A stretch of DNA of 64,000 nucleotides from Sandaracinaceae bacterium (lineage in GTDB: Bacteria; Myxococcota_A; Polyangia; Polyangiales; Sandaracinaceae). The stretch is taken from the NCBI GenBank assembly GCA_044220955.1, contig JBGAQA010000013.1, positions 45,306 to 109,305 on the forward strand, given 5' to 3'. A model generated the notes under the pieces. That model ran no database searches, was not told where the DNA came from, and worked only from the letters and a program-made list of their open reading frames with translations. Of the stretch, positions 10,470-20,746 are shown one piece after another; the first letter of the stretch is position 1, and each line of letters opens with the position of its first letter. The position numbers and the translations under genes are program-made.

Positions 10470-11777
10470 ATGCCGCTCGACTTGTCGCGCTTCTCCGAGG
10501 CGCTCCGCACCGTGGACCCGGTCGTCACGGAGGGGCGGGTCACCGGCGCGGTGGGCCTCGCGATCCGCGCAGTCGCCCCGGGGGCACGGCTCGGGGCCAT
10601 CGCGGAGATCCGGAGCGAGGACCCGCTCGGGCCCAGCGTGCTCGCGGAGGTGGTCGCCTTCGATGGTGAGATCGTGACGATGCTCCCGCTCGGCGGCGCG
10701 CACGGGATCGGGCCCGGCGACCGCGTCGCGATGCACACGCGCGGCCTCACGGTGCGGGCGGGCGACGCCTTGCTCGGCCGCGTGCTCGACGGGCTCGGCG
10801 AGCCCATCGACGGAGGGCCGCCGCTCGAGGGCGAGGACGTGCCGGTGCTCCGATCGCCCCCGAGCCCGCTCGAGCGGCCTCGCGTGAACCGGATGCTGCC
10901 CCTCGGAGTGCGCGTCCTGGACGCGCTCACCCCGATCGGCGAAGGGCAGCGGATCGGCCTGTTCTCGGGGAGCGGTGTCGGAAAGAGCACGCTGCTCGCG
11001 CAGATCGCCCGCCAGGCTGCGGCCGACGTGTTCGTCGTCGGCCTCGTCGGTGAGCGCGGGCGCGAGGTGGTCGAGTTCCTCGAGGACGGGCTCGGTGACG
11101 AAGGCCGCGCGCGCGGCGTGGTGGTCGCGGCGACGAGCGACGCCCCGCCGCTCGTGCGCATGCGGAGCGCGTTCGTCGCGACCGCCGTCGCCGAGCACTT
11201 CCGCGATCGCGGCGCGCGCGTGCTCCTCCTGCTCGACAGCGTGACGCGGTTCGCGCGTGCGGCGCGCGAGGTCGGGCTCGCGGCAGGTGAGGCGCCAGCG
11301 CGGCGTGGGTACCCGCCCAGCGTGTTCGCGCAGCTCCCGCAGCTGCTCGAGCGCAGCGGCACGAGCCCGCATGGCTCGATCACGGCGATCTACACGGTGC
11401 TCGTCGAGGGCAGCGATCTCGAGGAGCCGATCGCGGACGAGGTGCGCGGCATCCTGGACGGGCACGTGGTGCTCTCTCGCGCGCTCGCGAGCCGCGGCCG
11501 CTTCCCGGCGGTCGATCCGCGCGAGTCGCTCTCGCGGCTCGCGCCCCGCGTCGCGGGCCCGGCGCACCTCGCCGCGGCCGCTCGGCTGCGCGAGCACGTC
11601 TCGATCTACGAGGAGAAGCGCGATCTGGTGCTGCTCGGGGCTTACAAGCGCGGCGGCGACGCGGCGCTCGACCGGGCGCTCGAGCGCCTCGACGCGATCG
11701 AGGCGTTTCTGCGGCAGTCGGATCGGGAGCGCGTGGAGCTCGCCGCGACGCTGGAGGCGCTCGCGCGGGTGGTGTGA
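10470..11777 (+). CDS. FliI/YscN (SctN) family type III export ATPase
   Basis: GQRIGLFSGSGVGKSTLL, LVGERGREV, LLLDSVTRFA, GYPPSVF, EEPIADEVRGILDGHVVLSR. Confidence 0.93.
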   Translation: MPLDLSRFSEALRTVDPVVTEGRVTGAVGLAIRAVAPGARLGAIAEIRSEDPLGPSVLAEVVAFDGEIVTMLPLGGAHGIGPGDRVAMHTRGLTVRAGDALLGRVLDGLGEPIDGGPPLEGEDVPVLRSPPSPLERPRVNRMLPLGVRVLDALTPIGEGQRIGLFSGSGVGKSTLLAQIARQAAADVFVVGLVGERGREVVEFLEDGLGDEGRARGVVVAATSDAPPLVRMRSAFVATAVAEHFRDRGARVLLLLDSVTRFARAAREVGLAAGEAPARRGYPPSVFAQLPQLLERSGTSPHGSITAIYTVLVEGSDLEEPIADEVRGILDGHVVLSRALASRGRFPAVDPRESLSRLAPRVAGPAHLAAAARLREHVSIYEEKRDLVLLGAYKRGGDAALDRALERLDAIEAFLRQSDRERVELAATLEALARVV

Positions 11778-11808
11778 TGGGCCAGCGCGCGAGGCGAGGG
11801 CGACCTCG

Positions 11809-12591
11809 TCAGCCGCCGAGCTCCACGAGCAGCGCCCCGCTTCCTCCCAGCTCGCTGGGCGCGGTCACGAACGCGATCACCCTCGCCGCCGCCGCGCCCT
11901 TCGTCAGCGCGCCGATCACCGCATCGCCGAGCACGGGCCCGCCCCGATCGGAGTGCAGTCCTTTTCCGTGGATGATCCGCACGCGCCTCACGCCGCGCCT
12001 GGCGGCGTCCCGAACGAACCTCGCGACGCGGGCCTCGACCTCCGCCTCGCGTGCGCCGTGCAGATCGAGCGTCGCCTCGCGCGCGGGCGTCGCGTCGGCG
12101 AGCCGCTCCAGGGTGCCCCGCGGCGCGCCCGCGCGGACGCCCGCCTGCCAGTCGTCCTCCCGCCGGACCTCGAAGCGCAGGCCCTCGGACACGAGCGCCG
12201 CCAGCCGCGCGCGGGCCGCGCGCTCGCCCTCGCGCTGCTCCGGCGCGGGAGGTGCAGGCGGCAGCGCGATCGCGCTCGCACGCGGGGGCGGCGCACCGGG
12301 GCCCGTGCCGAGCCCGCGCACGCCGGCCATCGCGTCGAAGTAGGCCGTGCGCTCGTGCCCGCGCAGACCCTCGCTCGGGCGCGCGATCGCCGAGGCCGGC
12401 TTCGGCGCCGGCGCGCGCTTCGGGGGCGGGCGCATCGGCACCACGGGCACGGTCGGCGCGGGGATCTTCGGCTTCGCCGGCGCACCGAGCTTCACGCTCG
12501 CGAGCAGCCCCTTCATCGAGGTGCCGACCTTCGGGGGCAGCGGCGGGCGCCCGTCCGGCTCCTCGGCGCCGGCCTTCTTCTTCTTGCTCAC
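11809..12591 (-). CDS. Smr/MutS2 C-terminal domain protein
   Basis: TLDLHG, VRIIHGKGLHS..GPVL, GGSGALLV; GTG start overlaps the upstream gene. Confidence 0.88.
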   Translation of the reverse strand: MSKKKKAGAEEPDGRPPLPPKVGTSMKGLLASVKLGAPAKPKIPAPTVPVVPMRPPPKRAPAPKPASAIARPSEGLRGHERTAYFDAMAGVRGLGTGPGAPPPRASAIALPPAPPAPEQREGERAARARLAALVSEGLRFEVRREDDWQAGVRAGAPRGTLERLADATPAREATLDLHGAREAEVEARVARFVRDAARRGVRRVRIIHGKGLHSDRGGPVLGDAVIGALTKGAAAARVIAFVTAPSELGGSGALLVELGG

Positions 12592-13304
12592 CTCGTCTCG
12601 CCCTCCTCGTCTCGGAACAGCGTTCGCGCCTGGTCGCCGCGCTGCGCGGCGGCGATCCAGGTGGACAGATCGAACGCGAGCAGGCCGGTGCCCTGCGCGG
12701 TCATGGCGATCGCGTACCCCTCGAGCCACTGCAGGTCCGGCACCATCTGGTCGGCGATCACGAAGAGCATGATGCCACCGAGGATGTAGAAGGCGTCGAG
12801 GCCGGCGTTCACCGCGATGGTCGTGGCGGTCGAGTACTGGCTCGCCGCCCAGTCCTCACGTGCCTGGTCCAGCGCATCGCCGCGCAGCGCGCGGGCGGCC
12901 TCGGCGTCTCGGAGCACGTGTCCGTCGAGGTCGAAGAAGATCAAGGAGAAGAGCGCGTTGAGCGCGCCCCAGATCGCCGTGCCCACGCCGAGCCCGACCC
13001 AGCGCTCGTCCTGGTACCCGATCGCCGCCGCCGCCCCGCCGAGCGCGATGGAGGCGCCGCCGAACGCCAGCAGCACGGTGCCCTCGGTGTTGCGCGCATC
13101 GCGGTGCCCGAGCCGCAGCGTCGCGAAGCGATCGGCGCGGGCGGCCCCGGTCGGGTCGGGCGGCATGACCGCGATCGTCGCGTGGCTCGGGCCCGGGCCC
13201 GGCGGCGGGGCCACGATCCGCGCCGGCACCTCGTGTTGCGCGGACGCGGGAGCCGCGCGCGCGGCGGACGCGAGCAGCAGCAGTGCGAGCGCGGTCCGCC
13301 TCAT
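12588..13304 (-). CDS. Hypothetical membrane protein with signal peptide
   Basis: MRRTALALLLLASAARA signal; about 4 hydrophobic helices; NAGLDAFY motif. Confidence 0.7.
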   Translation of the reverse strand: MRRTALALLLLASAARAAPASAQHEVPARIVAPPPGPGPSHATIAVMPPDPTGAARADRFATLRLGHRDARNTEGTVLLAFGGASIALGGAAAAIGYQDERWVGLGVGTAIWGALNALFSLIFFDLDGHVLRDAEAARALRGDALDQAREDWAASQYSTATTIAVNAGLDAFYILGGIMLFVIADQMVPDLQWLEGYAIAMTAQGTGLLAFDLSTWIAAAQRGDQARTLFRDEEGETR

Positions 13305-13386
13305 GCGATCGGTCTGGCGCGCCCGCGACGGGACGTCAAACGGCGATTCCTTGACCCTCGCGCTCGCTCCCACGATCGTCCATGGC

Positions 13387-13884
13387 GTGAGCCACGAGAC
13401 GCTGCTCGCGCTCGTCCTGCTCGCCGCCCTCGCGCTCGTCCGGGGGCGCGCGTGCTGGCGCTCGCGGCGCGCTCGGTCGCGGATGGCCCGCGCGCAGGCG
13501 GGCGAGCGCGACGCACGCGCGCTGCTCGTGCGTCACGGCTTCGACGTGCTCGCCGAGCAGGCGCGCGGCTCGCTCGTGCTGCGCGTCGACGGAGCGCGAA
13601 GCGAGCACGCGGTCCGCGCCGACTACCTCGTCGCCCGTGGCGGCCGTCGCTTCGTCGCCGAGGTGAAGACGGGCGCGCTCGCGCCCTCGCTCGACCACGC
13701 CCCGACGCGCCGTCAGATCCTCGAGTACTGCGCGGCGTTCGACGTCGACGGTGCGCTGCTCGTGGATCCGGAGTCGGGGCGCGTGCGCCACGTCGTCGTC
13801 CCGCTCCGCGGTCACCCGGCGCGTTGGCCCTGGCTCGCGCTCGGGCTCGCCGCGCTCGCGCTCGGGCTCGCCGCGCTCCGATGA
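13387..13884 (+). CDS. Membrane-anchored PD-(D/E)XK nuclease-fold protein
   Basis: AGERDA...RADYLV.....VAEVKTG; hydrophobic N- and C-termini. Confidence 0.65.
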   Translation: MSHETLLALVLLAALALVRGRACWRSRRARSRMARAQAGERDARALLVRHGFDVLAEQARGSLVLRVDGARSEHAVRADYLVARGGRRFVAEVKTGALAPSLDHAPTRRQILEYCAAFDVDGALLVDPESGRVRHVVVPLRGHPARWPWLALGLAALALGLAALR

Positions 13885-13925
13885 CCCCTTGCGCGTCGAT
13901 CGGCGCCGTCGGATCGTCTCGTCGA

Positions 13926-14771
13926 ATGTCCTCGCCCCTCGTCTCCGCCGAGTCACTCGCTCGCGAGCTCTCGGAGGATCCCGCGCTCGTCCTGCTCGAT
14001 GCCCGCGCGGGCGCGGACGCCCGCGAGCGCTTCCGGGCCGAGCACCTCCGCGGCGCCCGCTTCGTCAGCGGTGACGTCGACCTCGCGCAGCCCGGTGATC
14101 CCGCGCAGGGCGGACGTCACCCCCTGCCGCCGCCGGCGGTGTTCGCCGCCACCCTGGCGCGGCTCGGCGTCGGCGCCGGCTCCCGCGTGGTCGTCTACGA
14201 CGACAAGAACGGCACGAACCCGGCCGCGCGCGCGTGGTGGATGCTCCGCGCCGCCGGCCTCGACGCGCGCGTGCTCGACGGGGGCGTCGTCGAAGCGCTC
14301 GCGGCGGGTATCCGCGCGGAGACGGGTGACCCACCGATCGCGGCCGTCCCACCCTCACCGCTCGAGCGCTGGCTCCTGCCCACGGTGACGATCGATCGGA
14401 TCGAGGCCCTCTCTCTCGCTCCGAGCGTGCCGGTGCTCGACGCGCGCAGCGCCGCGCGTCACCGCGGCGACGCCGATCCCTTCGACCCGCGCCCCGGCCA
14501 CATCCCCCGGACGACGAGCGCTCCGCACGAGGCCTCGCTCGACGCCGACGGACGGATGCTCGACGCAGCGACGCTGCGAGCGCGCTTCGAGGCGCTGCTC
14601 GGCGGGCACGTGCCCGCCGAGGCGATCGTCTACTGCGGCTCCGGCGTGACGGCCTGCCACCTCCTGCTCGCGATGGAGCACGCGGGGCTGCCGGGCGCCG
14701 CCCTCTACGTCGGCAGCTTCTCGGAGTGGACGCGAACGGGGCGCCCCGTCGCGACGGGGCTCGGGACGTGA
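13926..14771 (+). CDS. Two-domain sulfurtransferase (rhodanese, SseA-like)
   Basis: GRHPLP, VVVYDD, AARAWWML, GHIP, YCGSGVTAC, LYVGSFSEW. Confidence 0.93.
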   Translation: MSSPLVSAESLARELSEDPALVLLDARAGADARERFRAEHLRGARFVSGDVDLAQPGDPAQGGRHPLPPPAVFAATLARLGVGAGSRVVVYDDKNGTNPAARAWWMLRAAGLDARVLDGGVVEALAAGIRAETGDPPIAAVPPSPLERWLLPTVTIDRIEALSLAPSVPVLDARSAARHRGDADPFDPRPGHIPRTTSAPHEASLDADGRMLDAATLRARFEALLGGHVPAEAIVYCGSGVTACHLLLAMEHAGLPGAALYVGSFSEWTRTGRPVATGLGT

Positions 14772-15835
14772 ACCGCGCGGCCATCGTGCTCGTGCTCGCG
14801 CTCGTCGCTCTGGTCGCGCGACCGCTCGCGGGCCAGGACGGAAGCGATCGCCCGCGCGTGTTCCGCACCGAGCCCGGCGGACCCGAGCTCGTGGTCTCCC
14901 AGACGGTCCGCACCGGCGTTCAGCCCAAGAGCGTGAACGTGAGCCCCGACGGCACCCGCGTCGTCGTCTGCAACTTCGGCTTCGCCGATCACGACAACGT
15001 CTTCGTCTACGACGCGACGACGCTCGAGCGCGTCGGCGTGCTCACGTTCCCGGGCAACGCGGTCGAGACCGTCTTCACGCGCGACGGCGCGACCCTCTAC
15101 GTGTCGAACTTCCGCGGTCACACCGTCGAGGTGTTCGACTTCACGTCCTGCACGAGCGCGACCCCGGCCTCGCCTTGCGCCGAGTCTCCCCGCGCCTCGA
15201 TCGCCACCGCGCGCCATCCGAAATTCATGGCGCTCTCGCCGGACGAGCGGACCCTCTACGTCGCCGACTGGGGCGATCGCGCGGTGTCGGTCGTCGACAC
15301 GACCACGTACCGCGAGACGCGGCGCCTGCCGACGGAGCGCCACCCGCGCGGCCTCGCCGTGCGCCCGGACGGAACGCTGCTCGCGGCCGCGTTCGACGGC
15401 AACGTCATCCACGTCTTTCCCGCCGGCGCGTCCGCCGAGAGCGCGCGCTGGGACGCCTGCGACTACCCGCGACACCTCCTTCTCTCTCCGGACGCACGCA
15501 CGCTCTACGTCACCTGTACGCTCGGCACCCTCGGCTTCTACGATGCGCAGACCGGGCGCCGCTTCGGCCTCGGCACGCTCCACAGGAACCCGCGGACCAT
15601 CGACATCAGTCACGACGGCCGCTGGGTCGCGAGCGCGAACTTCACCTCCAGCGACGTCTCGGTCGTCGACACCGTCGATCACGTCCACCGCACGCACGCC
15701 GTTCCGGGCGCGAACCAGATCGTCGGCCTCGCCATCCATCCCGGTCCGGCCCTGCGCATCTACGCCACGAGCTGGCGCACCGGGCAGCTCTTCGTGCTCA
15801 CCGAAGGCCACGCCGAGCGGCGCCGCCACCCTTGA
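14768..15835 (+). CDS. Secreted YncE/YVTN-type beta-propeller protein
   Basis: Signal peptide; repeated SPDG..LYV.N......VSVVD blades. Confidence 0.85.
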   Translation: MNRAAIVLVLALVALVARPLAGQDGSDRPRVFRTEPGGPELVVSQTVRTGVQPKSVNVSPDGTRVVVCNFGFADHDNVFVYDATTLERVGVLTFPGNAVETVFTRDGATLYVSNFRGHTVEVFDFTSCTSATPASPCAESPRASIATARHPKFMALSPDERTLYVADWGDRAVSVVDTTTYRETRRLPTERHPRGLAVRPDGTLLAAAFDGNVIHVFPAGASAESARWDACDYPRHLLLSPDARTLYVTCTLGTLGFYDAQTGRRFGLGTLHRNPRTIDISHDGRWVASANFTSSDVSVVDTVDHVHRTHAVPGANQIVGLAIHPGPALRIYATSWRTGQLFVLTEGHAERRRHP

Positions 15836-15907
15836 CGCGCGTACCGGACGGGCGTGACCGAACGCTTGGTCGATCCGGCCCGAATCGGTCATCCTCTGAG
15901 TCCTCGG

Positions 15908-17662
15908 ATGCTCCGCTTCGCCCTGGCTTCGATGGTGGCGCTCGCGCTCCTCACGCCCCACCCCGCGTCCGCGCAGCGGATCGTGCAGATCCACTTCACC
16001 CCGGCGGCGCCTCGCGCACAGTTCGCCGTGTGGATCGAGAGCCCCGAGGGCGCCTACCTGCGGACACTCGCGCTGACGCAGGCGGTCGCGTATCGGGGCA
16101 TCGGGAACCGGCCGGGCGCTTGCGAGATGAACAGCGGCTTCCACTGGCCCTACGGACGCCGCGAGGGTGTGCTGCCGGTGTGGGGCCACGCGCGGGCGAG
16201 CGCTCCGGGCGCCGAGCTCTTCCGACGGGTGATCTTCCAGGACCGCTCCTCCGAGGGCTACGCCTCGCGCACCAGCGAGGACTCGACGCGCGACGACTAC
16301 TTCTGCCTCTCGTTCAACCAGGCGAGCACGCGCCAGGAAGCGCTCGACGCCGTCAGCTGCGCGAGCGTCTTCAACAGCGACAAGGGCCGCTACATCACGC
16401 CGGACGACATCGCGCGCGGCTACTCCGAGCCGATCGACGAGGAGCCGGGGCGCTACGCGCTCGACGCCTTCTCGCTCTACCCGCCGCGCCGCGACGTGAC
16501 GCGCTGCACCCCCGGTCCGACCTGCCGGGACACGGCGGACGTCGACCTCTACGACGTGGACGTCCACCGGATCATGCCGGAGATCGACGCCGTGACGATG
16601 GCGACCGCCCGCGCCGGCGCCTCCGTCGACATCATGTTCACCGCGCCCGACGAGTGGCCTGCCGGCACCTACCGCGTGCTCGTCGAGGTCTCGGTCGAGG
16701 GTGACGCCAACGAGTCCTTCCCGACCCTGCCCGTCCCGAGCGGCCCGGCATGGGATAGCTGGGCGATGGGGTACGGCTACTCGTACCGCGGCCAGCCCTC
16801 GGTGGTCTACGCCATGGAGGTCGCGCTCGACGCCGACGGGGACACCGTCTCCACGCTCATGCCCGTGGGCTACGGCTCGGTCGACGGGCGTGGCGCGGAC
16901 GGCGGACGGATCCACACGATGGACGGCACGATCTCGATGGATCCGACGCTGCACCCGGGCAGTGGCGGCGATCGCCTCCAGGTCGTGGACGGGGCGCGCG
17001 TGTCGATGCAGGTGATCCCGCCCGCGATGTGCGAGACCAACGTGACCCCCGGTGCCGTGCTCGACCTCGTCGCGTCGGAGTACTCCGACCGCCACGACTC
17101 GCACCACTGGGCGCACCTGACGTTCCGCGCCGCGGCGGACGACCAGCGCATCGCGCGCTACGAGGCGCGCTACTCGACGGACCCGATCACCGATCAAGCC
17201 TCGTTCGAGCGGGCACAGCCGGCGCTCGCGGCGAGCATCGAGAGCCTCGCGCTCGAGATCCCCGTCCTCGCCGCGCCGGGCGATCCGATCTCGGTCGACA
17301 TCGGCGGGCTCACGTTCCAGACGCACTACTTCGTCGCGGTTCGTGCCGTGGACGGCTGCAACGCGCGCGGGCCGATCGCCGTGTCCGAGGTCACGACCAC
17401 GAGCATCCAGTTCACGACCGTCTCGCCCTGCTTCGTCGCGACCGCGGCGTACGGCTCACCGCTCGCGAGCGAGGTGTCCGCGCTCCGGCGTTTCCGCGAT
17501 CGCTACCTGATGACGAACGCGCTCGGCCAGGCGCTGGTGGCCACGTACTACGAGACGAGCCCCGGGCTCGCCGCGTGGATCGGCCAGGACGAGTACCGGC
17601 GTGAGGCAGCCCGTGCGCTGCTCGCCCCGATCGTGGGCTTCGCGCGCGCCCTGAGCGAGTAG
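15908..17662 (+). CDS. Secreted protein with fibronectin-III-like domain and CFI-box-CTERM sorting domain
   Basis: Signal peptide; YFVAVRAVD FnIII strand; C-terminal CFVATAAYGS...LRRFRDRYL...YYETSP. Confidence 0.8.
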   Translation: MLRFALASMVALALLTPHPASAQRIVQIHFTPAAPRAQFAVWIESPEGAYLRTLALTQAVAYRGIGNRPGACEMNSGFHWPYGRREGVLPVWGHARASAPGAELFRRVIFQDRSSEGYASRTSEDSTRDDYFCLSFNQASTRQEALDAVSCASVFNSDKGRYITPDDIARGYSEPIDEEPGRYALDAFSLYPPRRDVTRCTPGPTCRDTADVDLYDVDVHRIMPEIDAVTMATARAGASVDIMFTAPDEWPAGTYRVLVEVSVEGDANESFPTLPVPSGPAWDSWAMGYGYSYRGQPSVVYAMEVALDADGDTVSTLMPVGYGSVDGRGADGGRIHTMDGTISMDPTLHPGSGGDRLQVVDGARVSMQVIPPAMCETNVTPGAVLDLVASEYSDRHDSHHWAHLTFRAAADDQRIARYEARYSTDPITDQASFERAQPALAASIESLALEIPVLAAPGDPISVDIGGLTFQTHYFVAVRAVDGCNARGPIAVSEVTTTSIQFTTVSPCFVATAAYGSPLASEVSALRRFRDRYLMTNALGQALVATYYETSPGLAAWIGQDEYRREAARALLAPIVGFARALSE

Positions 17663-17671
17663 TCAATCGCC

Positions 17672-19159
17672 TCAGCGTCGGCGCTTCTTCTCGAGGAAGG
17701 GCAGCCGGTCGCGCAGCTTCTCCGCTCGCCCGAGCAGCGCGGCCGCCTTGCCGCCGTACTCCTTGACGAAGCGCATGACCGCTCCGTCGTCGTCGCCCCC
17801 CATCGGGTCGAAGCCGGGGTCGGCGGCGCGAGGGCCGTACATCTTCTCCATGATCTCGAGCACGCTGTTCTTCACCATCCCGCGGAACGGGATCTTCGCC
17901 ATCATCCCGTACATCGCCGCGTTGCCGCGCGAGGGAAGACCGGGGTGTGTCTTCAGCCAGTGCATCGCGCCGCGCAGATCCTCCAGGTACTCGTCGACGA
18001 TCTTCGTGTGGTTCGAGGTGACCGTGAGGTGGATGCAGTTGGGGCTCTGCATGCGGTCGACGGTCCAGTCTCGATCCTCCAGCTGATCGGCGAGCGCGAA
18101 GACGTCCACGCCGCTCGCATCGCTCGTGCGGTACGCGACGATCGGCGCGTCGGGCCGCGCGATCACCTCGAGCCCGTCGATCGCGCTGATGCCGTCCACG
18201 AGGCGCCGCGCCGCCTTCATCGCCTCGCCCGCGTGGTGCTGATAGCCGTCCTCGCCGAGCGCCATCATCGCGCCCCACGCCGCCGAGATCGCGCCGCCCG
18301 AGCGCGTGCCAGGCATCGTCGGCGAGGCGTAGATGCCTCCCGGCCAGTCCGTCGACACGAAGAACTGGTGCTTGAGGTAGCTCATGTCGCGATAGGTGAT
18401 CGTGGAAGCGCCCTTCGGCGCGAGGCCGTACTTGTGCAGGTCCGCCGAGATGCTCGTCACGCCCGGCACGCGGAAGTCCCAGAGCGGGATCGGCTCGCCG
18501 AGCCTCTCGAGGAAGGGCAGCACGAAGCCGCCGACGCACGCATCGACGTGGAAAGGGATCTTCCTCCGTTGCGCGAGGCGCCCGATCTCCTCGATCGGAT
18601 CGACCACGCCGTGCGGATACTGCGGCGCCGACGCAGCGACGAGCACCGTGCTCGCGTCGATCAGGCTCTCGAGATCGCGCACGTCGGCGCGCATGTCGCC
18701 GCGCACGCGCGCGTAGCGGATCTCGAGCCCGAAGTACGACGCGGCCTTGTCGAACGCGACGTGGATCGTCTCGGGCACGACGAGGTTGGGCTTGGCGACG
18801 CGCTTGTTCGTCGCGCGCGCGCGGTCACGGGCCGTCTTGACGGAGAGCAGGATCGACTCGGTGCCGCCGCTCGTCATCGTGCCGACGGCCTCGGGTCCGC
18901 CGTTCAGGAGCGCGGCCGTCATGCGGGAGACCTCGGCCTCCATGCGCCGCAGGCTCGCGAACGCCATGGGATTCAAGGCGTTCTCGGCGAAGTAGAGGTT
19001 GTGCGCCTTCACGAGGAAGTCGTGGTGCGCCTGCCCCCCGTAGTACACGAGGCTGAACACCCGGCCGCCCTTCCAGTCGGCGTCGCGCTCGCGAAAGCTC
19101 GCCATCTGGGCGAGCAGCTCGTCGTGGGGGACGCCGCGGGCGGGGATGGTGACGCTCAT
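17672..19159 (-). CDS. PLP-dependent decarboxylase family, sphingosine-1-phosphate lyase-like
   Basis: MTSGGTESILL, H.AFDKAA.YF, HVDACVGGF, DFRVPGVTSISADLHKYG, DWPGGIYASPTMPGTRSG, AMYGM. Confidence 0.88.
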   Translation of the reverse strand: MSVTIPARGVPHDELLAQMASFRERDADWKGGRVFSLVYYGGQAHHDFLVKAHNLYFAENALNPMAFASLRRMEAEVSRMTAALLNGGPEAVGTMTSGGTESILLSVKTARDRARATNKRVAKPNLVVPETIHVAFDKAASYFGLEIRYARVRGDMRADVRDLESLIDASTVLVAASAPQYPHGVVDPIEEIGRLAQRRKIPFHVDACVGGFVLPFLERLGEPIPLWDFRVPGVTSISADLHKYGLAPKGASTITYRDMSYLKHQFFVSTDWPGGIYASPTMPGTRSGGAISAAWGAMMALGEDGYQHHAGEAMKAARRLVDGISAIDGLEVIARPDAPIVAYRTSDASGVDVFALADQLEDRDWTVDRMQSPNCIHLTVTSNHTKIVDEYLEDLRGAMHWLKTHPGLPSRGNAAMYGMMAKIPFRGMVKNSVLEIMEKMYGPRAADPGFDPMGGDDDGAVMRFVKEYGGKAAALLGRAEKLRDRLPFLEKKRRR

Positions 19160-19210
19160 CGAAGACCGGCCTCTACGCAATGCATCGCGGCGACCCTACG
19201 ACGCAGGCAC

Positions 19211-20677
19211 CTACTTGGCGAGCGTGAGGTTCAGGTACTCCGGCTCCTCGGTCACGTCGCGCACCACGTAAGGCGCCAGCCAGAGCGGGATCTCGGCCAC
19301 GCGGTCGATCGATGGCAGCTCGACCTCGGCCAGGACCAGCTCGCGGTCGAGGAACACGTCGATCTCCCACGTCAGGTCGGCCTCCGCGATCGCGAAGCGC
19401 TGCTTGCGGACGCGCTTGCCCGCCGTGAGCGACCAGAGCTTCGCGAAGGTCCTCGCCGTGCACGTCTCCTCGACCTCGATCCGCGACACGCCGGCACCGA
19501 GCTTGATCGTGCGCGTGTGTTCGGTGCCGGTGTCCGTGACCTTGCGCCGCACCCGCTCGTGCAGCTTCTCGCCCGGCAGGTAGCCCTGCTCGATCGTCGC
19601 GAAGGGGCGCCCGTCGAGCAGCGGCGGCGCCGCTCGGAGCAGGAACTTGCGCTCGATCTCGACGGGCAGTGCGCTCTGAGGCGGCGCCTCCAGGGTCGCC
19701 GCCAGCCGCTCGAGCGTGGCGCTGATCGCGTTCAGGCCGTCGCCGTGCACATAGGCGGCGATGACCTCGGTGAGCAGCGCGGCCTTCTCGGCGTGCGCCT
19801 CGCGCAAGAGGGACGCCAGGCCCGGCTCCTCGCCGGCCAGCGGCTCGTCGAGCTCGCCCTCCTTCGTCGTCGCGGCGTGCGCGAGTCTGCGCGCGCGATC
19901 GAGCGCCTGCGCCTCCATCGCCTCGCCGAGCGCGCGCGTGCGCACGGCCAGGTCGTTCAGGTTCCCGAGCCGCTCCTGCAGTACGCGCAGTGCCCTGGCG
20001 CCCTCGCGCGCCTCTTCGAGCTCGTCTCTCAAGGGCTCGATCAGGTAGCGAACGCGCTTGCCGTGGATGCGCGCCTCGTGCGCGATCGCCTCGTCCTCGA
20101 TCGTGCGCACGGAGGTCAGCGCGGCCGTGAGCTTCGCGGTCTCCGCGCGCAGCTGCCGCGCGACCCGCTCGCCGAAGCGTGCGCGAGGCCGGTCGCCGAG
20201 CAGCGAGCGTTCTTCGCGGAAGTGGCCGAGGTCCCGCTCGAGCTTGGGGAGGAGCTTCACGAGCTCGGGGACGAGGGAGTCCTTCAGCTCCTCGTACGCC
20301 CGCTCCTTGCGCTCGGAGAGCGCGGCGGCCCACCAGCGCGCTCCCGCGCGCTCCGTCCAGTCGTGCCGCGAGAGCTGACCTTCGATCCACGCCAGCTGCA
20401 CCTCGGCGTCGCGCGCCTCGCCCGTCGCACGCGCGATCGCGCGCAGGCGCCTCCTGGTCTTGCCGCGGACGCTCTCGTCGAGCTCGTCCTCGAAGAAGCG
20501 CACCAGCGAGCGCAGGCGTCGGAGCGCCACGCGCAGGTCGTGCAGCGCCTCGGGATCGGTGGCCGAGAGCAGCCGGGCCGCGGCCTCGCGCGCCTCGCCC
20601 GCGAAGCCGATCGCGATCCTGCGCACCCCCTCCTCGGGACTCGTCTCCGTCAGCGGCACGGCCGGCGGCGTCAGCAT
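19211..20677 (-). CDS. CHAD domain plus CYTH domain protein
   Basis: EALHDLRVALRRLRS, HEARI.GKRVRY, LQERLGNLND (CHAD); EIERKFL, IEQGYL, WEIDVF, LAEVEL (CYTH). Confidence 0.9.
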   Translation of the reverse strand: MLTPPAVPLTETSPEEGVRRIAIGFAGEAREAAARLLSATDPEALHDLRVALRRLRSLVRFFEDELDESVRGKTRRRLRAIARATGEARDAEVQLAWIEGQLSRHDWTERAGARWWAAALSERKERAYEELKDSLVPELVKLLPKLERDLGHFREERSLLGDRPRARFGERVARQLRAETAKLTAALTSVRTIEDEAIAHEARIHGKRVRYLIEPLRDELEEAREGARALRVLQERLGNLNDLAVRTRALGEAMEAQALDRARRLAHAATTKEGELDEPLAGEEPGLASLLREAHAEKAALLTEVIAAYVHGDGLNAISATLERLAATLEAPPQSALPVEIERKFLLRAAPPLLDGRPFATIEQGYLPGEKLHERVRRKVTDTGTEHTRTIKLGAGVSRIEVEETCTARTFAKLWSLTAGKRVRKQRFAIAEADLTWEIDVFLDRELVLAEVELPSIDRVAEIPLWLAPYVVRDVTEEPEYLNLTLAK

Positions 20678-20746
20678 GCGCCGGTTGTACCCGAGATCGT
20701 GCGATCCGGGTGACGTCGGTTACTCTCCGCTCTCGGAGACGCGATC

